A stretch of DNA of 64,000 bases from Promethearchaeota archaeon (GTDB lineage: Archaea; Asgardarchaeota; Lokiarchaeia; Sigyniarchaeales; SOKP01): assembly GCA_048940445.1 (NCBI GenBank), contig JBHLON010000004.1:11466-75465 (forward strand), read 5' to 3'. Below the pieces are notes generated by a model. The model ran no database searches. It worked only from the letters and a program-made list of their open reading frames with translations, and had not been told where the DNA came from. Of the stretch, positions 40,874-50,173 are shown piece by piece. A program made the position numbers and the translations under genes. The first letter of the stretch is position 1. Each line of letters begins with the position of its first letter.

Positions 40874-42196
40874 ATGAATGAAAATATTGTTGAAGTAAAG
40901 AATCTTACCAAAATATATGATCAAGGAAACATTTTAGCTGTTGATGGTATAACATTCAATATCCAGAAGGGAGAAATTTTTGCTCTCTTAGGACCAAATG
41001 GAGCAGGAAAAACTACCACAATTTCAATTTTATCGACATTATTAAATCCCACAGAAGGAGAAGCTTTAATAAACTCATATGATGTTAAAAAACATCCTGA
41101 GAAAGTAAGGAAGAGTATAGGAGTTGTATTTCAAGAACCTTCTTTAGATAATGAAATGAAAGGAAAAGAGAATTTAGAACTCCATGCCATCTTATATGGG
41201 ATGCCAAAATCAGAAAGAAAAGAAAAAATTAACGAAGTCCTCAAATTAGTTGATTTACAAGATAAATCAAATACATTTGTGAAAAACTATTCCGGCGGAA
41301 TGAAAAGGAGGCTAGAAATAGCTCGGGGATTGCTACATAGACCTAAAATGTTATTTCTAGACGAGCCGACTTTAGGATTAGACCCTCAAACCAGAAGGAA
41401 AATATGGGGTAAAATAAGAGAATTGAATGAGGATTTAGGAATAACTATTTTAATAACAACCCATTATATGGAAGAAGCTGATGAATTAGCAGATCGGATT
41501 TGTATCATGGATCATGGAAAAATTATTGCTTTAGATACGTCAGAGAATCTTAAGAAACAAATTTCTGGAGATATAATTGAAATAAAATTTGAAAATGTTG
41601 ATGATAGAATGAAAATTGTGGATTTGATTTCTCAAGTTAGAAAACTACCAAGCATTAAAAACGTCTCATTTGGACGTTCGGCAGGTGATAGTGAATTTCC
41701 GATGGATTTGAATCTTCCAAAAAATATGCCCAACATTAATCCTGAAATGATTAAAGCTCAAATGAGAGAGATGATGTCCGACCCAAAAAAGATCATTACA
41801 GCCATAAAGCGATTCCCTATGGCATCACAAATGATCCTAAATGCTCCTTTCAACGTAAAAAAGAGGATTGCTGACCTTTTTACCGACGAACTTCTCGAAC
41901 AAATTCCAGATGAGATTAGACAAGTGTTAGTTAAAATCAAAAAAGGAGAAGTCTTAGAGCAAAAAAGTGATTCTGAACCAGAAATATCAATCTCATGCGA
42001 ACATGGAGGTGCTTGTCTTTCAGAAGTCATTAGAAAGGTTGATGATAGTAGTCTCATCATAAAAACGGTAAATGTTCATGAGCCAAAATTAGAAGATGTG
42101 TTTTTACATTTTGTTGGAGCAGAGATAAGAGAAGAATCCTCCAATCTTACCAAGACTATAAAAAGTCGTATACAAATGAGGCAATTAACGAGGTGA
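40874..42196 (+). CDS. ABC-2-type transporter ATPase with a Met-rich insertion of about 100 aa in the C-terminal domain
   Basis: Walker A GPNGAGKTT, signature YSGGMKRRLEIARG, Walker B MLFLDEPTLGLD. 440 aa versus about 300 typical. GTGA overlap with the permease gene. Confidence 0.85.
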   Translation: MNENIVEVKNLTKIYDQGNILAVDGITFNIQKGEIFALLGPNGAGKTTTISILSTLLNPTEGEALINSYDVKKHPEKVRKSIGVVFQEPSLDNEMKGKENLELHAILYGMPKSERKEKINEVLKLVDLQDKSNTFVKNYSGGMKRRLEIARGLLHRPKMLFLDEPTLGLDPQTRRKIWGKIRELNEDLGITILITTHYMEEADELADRICIMDHGKIIALDTSENLKKQISGDIIEIKFENVDDRMKIVDLISQVRKLPSIKNVSFGRSAGDSEFPMDLNLPKNMPNINPEMIKAQMREMMSDPKKIITAIKRFPMASQMILNAPFNVKKRIADLFTDELLEQIPDEIRQVLVKIKKGEVLEQKSDSEPEISISCEHGGACLSEVIRKVDDSSLIIKTVNVHEPKLEDVFLHFVGAEIREESSNLTKTIKSRIQMRQLTR

Positions 42197-42999
42197 TTAA
42201 AGTATCTGATTTAAATATTATTGAAAGTAAATTGAATCTTGAAGCTGTATGGATATTAGCCAGAAGAGAAGTTTATGAATTTTGGAGAAATAAAACTAGA
42301 TTGATTTCCTCATTAGTGCAAGGGGTACTTTTTTTATTTGTTTTTAGTGCTGCGCTAACAACAACAAGTTCAACTATTGTAATAAATGGGATAAATGTTG
42401 ATCCAAGAGCTTATGCTGCTTCAGGAATCTCTGCTATAGTTATCCTATTTACTGGAATTTTTGGTGGCATGGGGGTTATGAGAGATAAAATGTTTGGTTT
42501 TATGAAGGAGTTAATTGTTGCCCCGGTAAGCAGAAGAACATTAATGCTAGGAAAAACTTTAGGAGTTGCTTTACAAACACTAACCCAAGTATTTATCATT
42601 GTTATATTAGGTTTAATTTTTGGTTATTATGGTTATGACTTTAGTATAATCTGGAAAATTCTGTTGATTCTTCCTGTTGCTTTATTAGCAAGTGTTGGTA
42701 TTGTGGGTATGGGACTAACAATCAGTACACGAATGAGAGACTTCCAATCTTTTGGATTAATTCAAACATTTATTGTCATGCCTATGTTTTTAATATCAGG
42801 AGCTTTTTACACTTTAAGTGGACCCATTGGATTAGTTTCCATGTTTAATCCATTTACTTACAGCGTGGATCTTTTCAGGGTAGTATTAGTAGGGGCTTCA
42901 TTCTTCCCCATCTGGCTTGATCTTTTGGTTGTAATAGCATTTGGAACTGTACTCATTTTATTAGGAGCACGATCTTTTAGCACGATGGAAGTAAGTTAA
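42193..42999 (+). CDS. ABC-2-type transporter permease
   Basis: 268 aa, about 6 TM helices, translationally coupled to the ATPase. Confidence 0.75.
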   Translation: MIKVSDLNIIESKLNLEAVWILARREVYEFWRNKTRLISSLVQGVLFLFVFSAALTTTSSTIVINGINVDPRAYAASGISAIVILFTGIFGGMGVMRDKMFGFMKELIVAPVSRRTLMLGKTLGVALQTLTQVFIIVILGLIFGYYGYDFSIIWKILLILPVALLASVGIVGMGLTISTRMRDFQSFGLIQTFIVMPMFLISGAFYTLSGPIGLVSMFNPFTYSVDLFRVVLVGASFFPIWLDLLVVIAFGTVLILLGARSFSTMEVS

Positions 43000-43109
43000 A
43001 AAGAAAGAGATGATTATATAATTTTTTATCTAACTATTATAACAAGTACGTTTATAAGGGTAATTAAGGTTTTAAAACAACAATAATAAAGCAAAGACCT
43101 TGGGGTGAC

Positions 43110-44903
43110 TTGAAAAAAATGAATTCACTGCAAATGATCGTGAAGTATTGGCTAAAAAGTAAAGGGATTTTTGCTAAAGCTATTATCCTGCAAATTATAT
43201 CTACGATACTTCAACTTATGATACCGATCTTTATTGGACAACTTGTAGGTCGCTTAGATCCTGACGCACCAAACCCTATGAGTGTGAGTGAATTATTTTT
43301 TAACTATTTTATGATAATTATCCTTGGTTTAGCAGTATTTCTCATCTTTCGCTATTCACGTATTTTAGGAGCACGAGTTTCAACGAATGCCTTATATTAT
43401 GTAAGGAAAGATATACACAATGCGATAAACCGCCAATCATTTGCTTATTTTGACCAAATGGAAGCAGGAAATCTAGTAGCGCGGGCTACATCAGATGTAG
43501 AACAGACAAATATGATCTTTGGCTTTGGATTGGCGGTAGGAGTCCAAGGGATTATCCAACTATTCGGAGTACTGATTGCTGTATCAGTTCTTAAAACCCA
43601 AATGATGTGGATTTTCGCAATCCTTATCCCCTCATCACTCTTAATCTCGTTAATTATTACGCATAAACTCCGTCCAATTTATTATGAAAGTCGGGAAGCT
43701 TTTGGAGAACTCACCAATACAATTCGAGAAAACATTGTAGGATCACAAGTTGTTCGGATGTTTAGTATGCAAGATAAAGAGTTTCAGAAGTTCAATATAA
43801 ATAACAAAAGATTTTATAAGGCTAGCGTACGCTCGGTGAAAATTAATTCACTTTATATGCCAATCAACTTTGTACTGATGGGATTGATGATCGTTCTTAC
43901 TTTATTTGTTGGGGGAAACTTAGTGGTACAAGGCATTATGTCTCTCTCAACACTCATCACGTTTCAATCCTATATTGGTCTAACTACGTTTCCTCTTGTC
44001 ATTCTAGGGCAAATAATGATCATGTATGTCCAAGCGGATGCTGCCTTACGTCGAGTGCGAGAAGTGATTGAATCCGCTCCAGAAATCATAGAAAAGGCGA
44101 ATCCTATTAGTGGGAAATATATCAAAGGAAATATTGAATTTAATCACGTTTCATTTGGATATACTCCAAGTAACCGGGTACTCAAAAATTTAACATTTAA
44201 AGTACCCGCAGGACGAAAAATTGCTATTTTAGGGACTACTGGTTCAGGAAAGTCAACTATTATTAATCTTATTCCCAGATTTTATGATGTGAGTAATGGT
44301 TCCATCAAGATTGATAATGTAGATGTTAGAGACTACAATATCGCTGAGTTACGTTCAAATATAGCCATTGTGTCACAGGACACATTTCTATTCAACAAAA
44401 CTATTAAAGAAAATGTAACTTATGGTAAAGAAGAAGCAACAATGGACGAAGTGATCGCTGCTGCACGTAGTGCAAATATTCATGATTTCATAACTGGATT
44501 ACCAGACGGATATCAAACTTTTGTGGGAGAACGTGGTACGCGGCTTTCTGGAGGTCAGAAGCAACGTCTAAGTATTGCTCGTGCTATCATTATTAAACCA
44601 AAAATCTTAATCTTTGATGATTCTACTAGTTCTGTCGATGTTGAAACTGAGTATAAAATCCAACAAGCACTCGAACAAATTATGAAGAATACAACAACGT
44701 TCATTATAACACAAAGGATCTCTACTATTCGGAATGCAGATGAAATTCTTGTATTGGATAAAGGTCGTATTGTAGGATATGGTACTCATGATACCTTGAT
44801 CCAAGATAATGTCCTCTACCGGCAGATATTTGAGACTCTCTATCGCAAGCAAAAAGAACTTATCGAAAAATCAGTAATAACCAAAGAGGAGGTTCATGGA
44901 TGA
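43110..44903 (+). CDS. ABC exporter half-transporter (TMD-NBD), degenerate-site subunit
   Basis: Six-TM domain plus NBD: GTTGSGKST, LSGGQKQRLSIARA, Walker B ILIFDDSTS (Asp in place of the catalytic Glu), as in heterodimeric exporters with one degenerate ATP site. Confidence 0.85.
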   Translation: MKKMNSLQMIVKYWLKSKGIFAKAIILQIISTILQLMIPIFIGQLVGRLDPDAPNPMSVSELFFNYFMIIILGLAVFLIFRYSRILGARVSTNALYYVRKDIHNAINRQSFAYFDQMEAGNLVARATSDVEQTNMIFGFGLAVGVQGIIQLFGVLIAVSVLKTQMMWIFAILIPSSLLISLIITHKLRPIYYESREAFGELTNTIRENIVGSQVVRMFSMQDKEFQKFNINNKRFYKASVRSVKINSLYMPINFVLMGLMIVLTLFVGGNLVVQGIMSLSTLITFQSYIGLTTFPLVILGQIMIMYVQADAALRRVREVIESAPEIIEKANPISGKYIKGNIEFNHVSFGYTPSNRVLKNLTFKVPAGRKIAILGTTGSGKSTIINLIPRFYDVSNGSIKIDNVDVRDYNIAELRSNIAIVSQDTFLFNKTIKENVTYGKEEATMDEVIAAARSANIHDFITGLPDGYQTFVGERGTRLSGGQKQRLSIARAIIIKPKILIFDDSTSSVDVETEYKIQQALEQIMKNTTTFIITQRISTIRNADEILVLDKGRIVGYGTHDTLIQDNVLYRQIFETLYRKQKELIEKSVITKEEVHG

Positions 44904-47335
44904 AAAAGAAAGGCATTCAAGAGAAATTAGAACAATCTGAACAGGAGATCAACCCAGAAGAAGCAAGAAAATTAGAAGAAATAGACAAAGAAAGACAGCT
45001 GCGACCAATAGGTCCTACAGTTGGTCGTCATCGTGGTCCTATGATGTTTATGGATGATAAAGCTAAACTTGAACATAAACGACGTGTTTTATGGAGATGG
45101 ATTTTCTCTTATCTTTTTCGACATAAAAAGTCGTTTATTTTCTATGCTATTTTAATTGCAGTGGGAACTATAATAAATATAGTCACACCACTGTTGACAA
45201 GGAGTCTAATTGACGCTGGAATAATTCCGAGAAATTCTCAGGTGATATTAAACATTACTCTCCTTTACATATCTCTTTTGATAATCATGGCTTCAGGAAA
45301 TTATATTGGTTCTTATGGTTTGGGAAAAATTGGTCAAACAGTAGTTTTTTCGATGCGTAATGATGTTTTCGAACAACTCCAGAGGATGTCTATGTCCTAT
45401 TTTGATAAACATCCTTCAGGTGATTTGATCTCACGTGCTACTAACGATATTGATCAGATAAATCTACTAGTAGGAGGACAATTGGTTCAGATTATAACGA
45501 GTATAATCAGTCTTGGATTAAGTGTCACATTTATGTTTATACTAAATCCTTTCCTTGCACTATTTGGATTAATTGCTTTCCCTGTCTTTTTTATAATGTC
45601 TAGATGGTTCCGGAATCGTGTTATTGGTGCTTTCAAAGAAACTAGAAAAAAAATTAGTAAGGTTACTTCTTCAATTGAAGAAAATATCACAGGAGCAAAA
45701 ACTGTAAAAGCATTCGGACAGGAAAAGAAAGCAAGGAGTGAATTTGATCAAGCGAATATGGAGAATGCCGAAGCTTCATTTCGAGCACGGCGAATATTTG
45801 CAACTTTCTTCCCATTCATAACTTTTTTATCTTCAATCATAACAGCAAGTGTCCTCACAATCGGAGGATATGTCAGTTTAATAAATTTTGCACCTTTTGG
45901 AATAGCCATTACTGTTGGGGTACTAGCTGCATTTATACAATATATGTCAAACTTCTTCCAACCTTTTATGACACTTACCCAAATTCAGCAGGTTATTGAA
46001 AGCGCAATGGCCGCTGCGGATCGAATCTATGCTGTCTTAGATGAAGAGGTTGATCTTCCTGATCCAAAATATCCTGTAACAATTGAAATTCCTAAAGGAA
46101 TGATCGAATTTGAGGATGTGAGTTTTGGCTATAAATTCAATGAAACACAAAAAGTAAAAGCTGTCTCTACTAAAAAAGCGTTTAAAATTCCAAACCCTAA
46201 AGGACTATCGGTTAAGTCTAAAAATGAAGCTCCACAAAAAATAGATACCACATCTATTTCGGATAGGGGTAAAAAGTCTGAATTAGACAACGTACCTCCG
46301 TTCTTACAAAGGATGTTAAAAAATCCCGAGGCAATTAATAGAATGCTTCGGGAGTTGGAAAAAGCACTTAAAGGTCAAGTGAATATATCAAGCAGTAGTG
46401 GTAGCGGAAGTGGAATGGGTGGTGAAACTGGTGGGATGATGGGTGGCAGAGGAGGAATGGGAGGTAGAATGAATCCAAGGCAACTTCTTCGAATGTTAGC
46501 CATATTACCTCTTCCTGAAGTAACTACTAAAAACTTTCCCGAAATAATAAAGAAAGCAATTGAAGAAGAACGAACCCTTATGGAACACGAGGCAATGATA
46601 GGTTTTGTTTTAAAAAATGTAAAGCTCAAAATCGATGAGGGTAAAACTATAGCTATAGTTGGCAGGACTGGTGCTGGTAAAACGACATTTATCAAATTAA
46701 CGTGTCGGTTTTATGATGTTACTGATGGAAAGGTGTTGATCGATGGTGTGGATGTAAAAAGATTGGGTAAAAAAGATCTTCGCAATTTAATTGGTCTTGT
46801 TCCCCAAGATTCATTTCTATTTACTGGTACTATCAGAGACAACCTATTGTATGGATATGATAATCTTACTCCTGAAATGAAAGAAAAATTAGAAGCTAAA
46901 ATGATTGAAATCTCAAAATTCTTAGGTCTCCACAATTTCATTGAAGCACTACCAAAAAAGTATGATACCAAATTAAAAGAAAATGCATCTAATATCTCCA
47001 TTGGGCAGCGTCAACTCATCGCCTTTGCTCGTGCTTTGATCCAAAATCCCAAGATACTAATTCTTGACGAGGCAACTTCTTCTGTAGATCCCTATACTGA
47101 GTCATTAATTCAAGACGCCCTGGATCGAGCTAGAGAGGGAAGAACAACTATAATAATTGCTCACCGTTTATCTACAATCAAAAATGCGGACTGGATTGTT
47201 GTGCTTGATCAGGATAAGAAAGGTATTGTAGAGCAAGGTACCCATGAACAACTGATAGTAAAGGAGAATGGGGTATATAAACACCTTCTAGACATGCAAT
47301 ATAAAGATATAGAAGTAGAAAATATTGAATCTTAA
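44900..47335 (+). CDS. ABC exporter half-transporter (TMD-NBD), consensus-site subunit with an insertion of about 155 aa inside the NBD
   Basis: GRTGAGKTT, Walker B ILILDEATS, atypical signature ISIGQRQ. ATGA overlap with the upstream partner. Insertion lies between IEFEDVSFGY and VLKNVKLKIDEG. Confidence 0.85.
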   Translation: MKKKGIQEKLEQSEQEINPEEARKLEEIDKERQLRPIGPTVGRHRGPMMFMDDKAKLEHKRRVLWRWIFSYLFRHKKSFIFYAILIAVGTIINIVTPLLTRSLIDAGIIPRNSQVILNITLLYISLLIIMASGNYIGSYGLGKIGQTVVFSMRNDVFEQLQRMSMSYFDKHPSGDLISRATNDIDQINLLVGGQLVQIITSIISLGLSVTFMFILNPFLALFGLIAFPVFFIMSRWFRNRVIGAFKETRKKISKVTSSIEENITGAKTVKAFGQEKKARSEFDQANMENAEASFRARRIFATFFPFITFLSSIITASVLTIGGYVSLINFAPFGIAITVGVLAAFIQYMSNFFQPFMTLTQIQQVIESAMAAADRIYAVLDEEVDLPDPKYPVTIEIPKGMIEFEDVSFGYKFNETQKVKAVSTKKAFKIPNPKGLSVKSKNEAPQKIDTTSISDRGKKSELDNVPPFLQRMLKNPEAINRMLRELEKALKGQVNISSSSGSGSGMGGETGGMMGGRGGMGGRMNPRQLLRMLAILPLPEVTTKNFPEIIKKAIEEERTLMEHEAMIGFVLKNVKLKIDEGKTIAIVGRTGAGKTTFIKLTCRFYDVTDGKVLIDGVDVKRLGKKDLRNLIGLVPQDSFLFTGTIRDNLLYGYDNLTPEMKEKLEAKMIEISKFLGLHNFIEALPKKYDTKLKENASNISIGQRQLIAFARALIQNPKILILDEATSSVDPYTESLIQDALDRAREGRTTIIIAHRLSTIKNADWIVVLDQDKKGIVEQGTHEQLIVKENGVYKHLLDMQYKDIEVENIES

Positions 47336-47689
47336 TTTTAAGTTATTGAATTCCGAATTTAAATATTGATAGAGTTAATTTTAAAATTAGATAAAATTAT
47401 TTTGTCTCCTTTTATTTAACATATTTAAGTATAATTTTGGGGATACAATATTCCTTATTACGATTATTTAACAAAAAAGATATATTATAAAGTAAATGGC
47501 CCAGAAACCTATAAAGCAGTAGTATTCATCCATGGCTCTGGTGGAAACTCGGATATTTGGAAAGAACAACTCAATATCGATATTAACTACAAATTAATTG
47601 CATTAGATTTACCATCACACTGCAAATCTGATGAATTTGAAGAACTTAATTTAGGTTTATATAGTGCGATTGTTGAACAATTAATCGAA

Positions 47690-48211
47690 GTGTTAAAGCT
47701 ACGAGAAATAATTTTAGTTGGGCATTCATTAGGGGGAGCTATCGCTCAAAATTTATTCTTTAGGAGTCCTGAAAAGCTTTTGGGTTTGATTTTAATTGGT
47801 ACAGGAGCGCGATTAAGAGTAAGTTCTAATATTCTTGATACATTAAAATATAATTACAATAAGTACTTAGAAACATTATTTGTCGGAGCTTTTTCTCAAT
47901 TGACCAATCATGAGTTAATTAAGAAAGCAATGAAAGAAGCATCCAAAGTTAGTAATAAAGTTACCTATGATGATTTTTCTATCTGTGATAAGTTCGATTT
48001 ATTAGATAAGATACATTTGATTACAATTCCTTGCTTAATCATTGTTGGAAATGAAGATAAATTGACACCTGTTAAATATTCTGAATATTTTAATAAAAAA
48101 ATAAAAAAGTCAGAACTGCACATTATTAAAAATGCGGGGCATATGGTGATGATTGAACAACCAAAAGAAGTAAATACAGCAATAGAAAATTTTATTAAAA
48201 AATATTTTTAA
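47690..48211 (+). CDS. Alpha/beta hydrolase; the conserved N-terminal part is encoded upstream (from about 47435-47516) without a canonical start
   Basis: GHSLGG nucleophile elbow and C-terminal NAGHMVMIEQP. The upstream in-frame sequence encodes AVVFIHGSGGNSDIW (oxyanion-hole HG motif). Confidence 0.75.
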   Translation: MLKLREIILVGHSLGGAIAQNLFFRSPEKLLGLILIGTGARLRVSSNILDTLKYNYNKYLETLFVGAFSQLTNHELIKKAMKEASKVSNKVTYDDFSICDKFDLLDKIHLITIPCLIIVGNEDKLTPVKYSEYFNKKIKKSELHIIKNAGHMVMIEQPKEVNTAIENFIKKYF

Positions 48212-48318
48212 TTATATTTTTCTAATCAAACTTAATAGCATATTATAAATATATTAACATCTCTATACTCAATAGAACTTCTTAATAAAATAAAGAAAAA
48301 AATTTACTTAATTTTGTT

Positions 48319-49104
48319 ATGCGTGAATATACTTATGGACCATTCCCTTCCAGACGATTGGGATTATCACTTGGGATTGACGTATTACCTAAGCAAAAAA
48401 TTTGCACTTTTAATTGTGTTTATTGTGAAATTGGTCCAACAATTGAGTTAGTCGCACCTGAATTTAGATTCAGATCACCTCCTAATCATAGATTTAGAAA
48501 AGAGTTAAAAGATATTTGTAAACATTTTCCGCATTTAGATTCAATAACTTTTGGATATAATGGCGAACCCACATTGAATGACAATTTATTAGACTTTTAT
48601 AAGATCACTACAGAAGTTAGAGCAGAGATGAAATGGGATATAAATCAACCAAATCTAACTATTTTTACAAACTCAAGCACTATATACTCACAAGAGATTC
48701 GTGATAGATTATTGAAATTTGATTTTATTGTAGCTAAATTAGATGCAGCATTACAATCTGATTTTAAGAGAACCAACCAGCCCCATCAGGATTTGAGAAT
48801 TGATAATATTATAAATTCTCTTATTCAATTAAAAAGAAGTATGAAAAAATCTAAATTAGCTATTCAATGTTTAATTTACAATTCTTATAGGAAAGATTTT
48901 AAATCAAATGATCATAATGCAAATATAAAAAAATTAGCCTTAGCTATAAAAAAAATAAATCCTGATATTGTTCAAATCTATTCTATTGCGCGAATTCCAG
49001 CACAATATTTTGTATATTCAATTGATGACGAGAGAAAAAAGGAAATTGTAGGAAGTTTTAAAGAAATTGTAAATAATGAACAAATAAAAATAGAATATTA
49101 TTAA
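48319..49104 (+). CDS. Radical SAM protein, function unknown
   Basis: CTFNCVYC (CxxxCxxC) near the N-terminus, preceded by YGPFPSRRLGLSLGID; 261 aa. Confidence 0.75.
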   Translation: MREYTYGPFPSRRLGLSLGIDVLPKQKICTFNCVYCEIGPTIELVAPEFRFRSPPNHRFRKELKDICKHFPHLDSITFGYNGEPTLNDNLLDFYKITTEVRAEMKWDINQPNLTIFTNSSTIYSQEIRDRLLKFDFIVAKLDAALQSDFKRTNQPHQDLRIDNIINSLIQLKRSMKKSKLAIQCLIYNSYRKDFKSNDHNANIKKLALAIKKINPDIVQIYSIARIPAQYFVYSIDDERKKEIVGSFKEIVNNEQIKIEYY

Positions 49105-49137
49105 ATTTATTAAAAAATTATATTTTGTTAACTTATT

Positions 49138-50151
49138 TTGGTGATTAATGTGGTTAAATATATTATAGGAGTTGATATTGGAGGCACATTAATTAGAATA
49201 GCAATATGTTCCACGGAGCTAGATGAAAAAAGTATTAAAATGAAAACTGTAAAAACTCCAAAGGAACATGAGTACTCAATTGTTAACTCAATTATTATTT
49301 TGATTACAGAACTCTTAGTTGAAAATGATATTACTAATGAAGATGTTATTGGTATTGGTCTTGCTTCAGCAGGACCTTTAGATATGAAAAAAGGGGAAGT
49401 TTTCAATAATGCGAATTTAGGATTTAAAGTTATTCCATTAAAGCAACCACTAGAAGATCGTTTTCCAGGAATTCCAATTTATTTGATGAATGACTGTAAT
49501 TCTGCGGTTCTTGGTGTTCACTTTTTTGAAGCTGAAGAATTTGAGAAAGAGGACCTAGCTTATATTACCATGTCTACTGGAATCGGAGGTGGAATGATAT
49601 GTAATGGCCATTTATTAATTGGTAAAGATGGAAATGCTGCAGAAATAGGTCATGCGATAGTTGAACCACATAGTGATCATCAATGTAATTGTGGAGCTTA
49701 TGGGTGCTGGGAAACTTTTAGCTCAGGCACAGGTATAAAAAATCGAGCTTTAGAAGCATTAGAAACCACTAGTTTAAACTCAAAAATATTAATGTTTATG
49801 GTAGATAATGACTCATCTCGCATAACAACAAAGGAAATTTTTCAAGCTGCTAAAGGAGCTGATAAATTTTCTAAAAGTATTATTGAAATGAGCACATATT
49901 ATAATAAGATTGGAATTGGCTTAGTTAATAATTTTTATGATTGTTCTTCAATTTATTTTGGAGGTTCTCTGTTGAAAGATCAAGAGTTAATTATTCCACC
50001 ACTAGTTGAGCAATTTAAGAGAGATCCAATCCAATTTACGATAAATCATCCTCCTAATATTAAAGTAACAAAATATTTAGATGATATTGGTGTGAGGGGA
50101 GCTCTGGTTTTAGTAAAGTACAAGATAGAAGGAAATCCAGTAATTGCTTAA
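49138..50151 (+). CDS. ROK-family sugar kinase (glucokinase-like)
   Basis: IGVDIGGT, NDCNSAVLG, GHAIVEPHSDHQCNCGAYGCWETFSSG (ROK Zn motif). Confidence 0.85.
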   Translation: MVINVVKYIIGVDIGGTLIRIAICSTELDEKSIKMKTVKTPKEHEYSIVNSIIILITELLVENDITNEDVIGIGLASAGPLDMKKGEVFNNANLGFKVIPLKQPLEDRFPGIPIYLMNDCNSAVLGVHFFEAEEFEKEDLAYITMSTGIGGGMICNGHLLIGKDGNAAEIGHAIVEPHSDHQCNCGAYGCWETFSSGTGIKNRALEALETTSLNSKILMFMVDNDSSRITTKEIFQAAKGADKFSKSIIEMSTYYNKIGIGLVNNFYDCSSIYFGGSLLKDQELIIPPLVEQFKRDPIQFTINHPPNIKVTKYLDDIGVRGALVLVKYKIEGNPVIA

Positions 50152-50173
50152 AGATTGATAGTTCTGAAAAAAA

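Noticed and set aside
46375-46470. The Gly/Met/Ser low-complexity tract considered as a sign of a separate gene, fusion point or frameshift
   Set aside because: The reading frame is continuous through the tract, and canonical ABC NBD strands flank it on both sides in the same frame. It is therefore treated as an in-frame insertion. Assembly support still needs checking.
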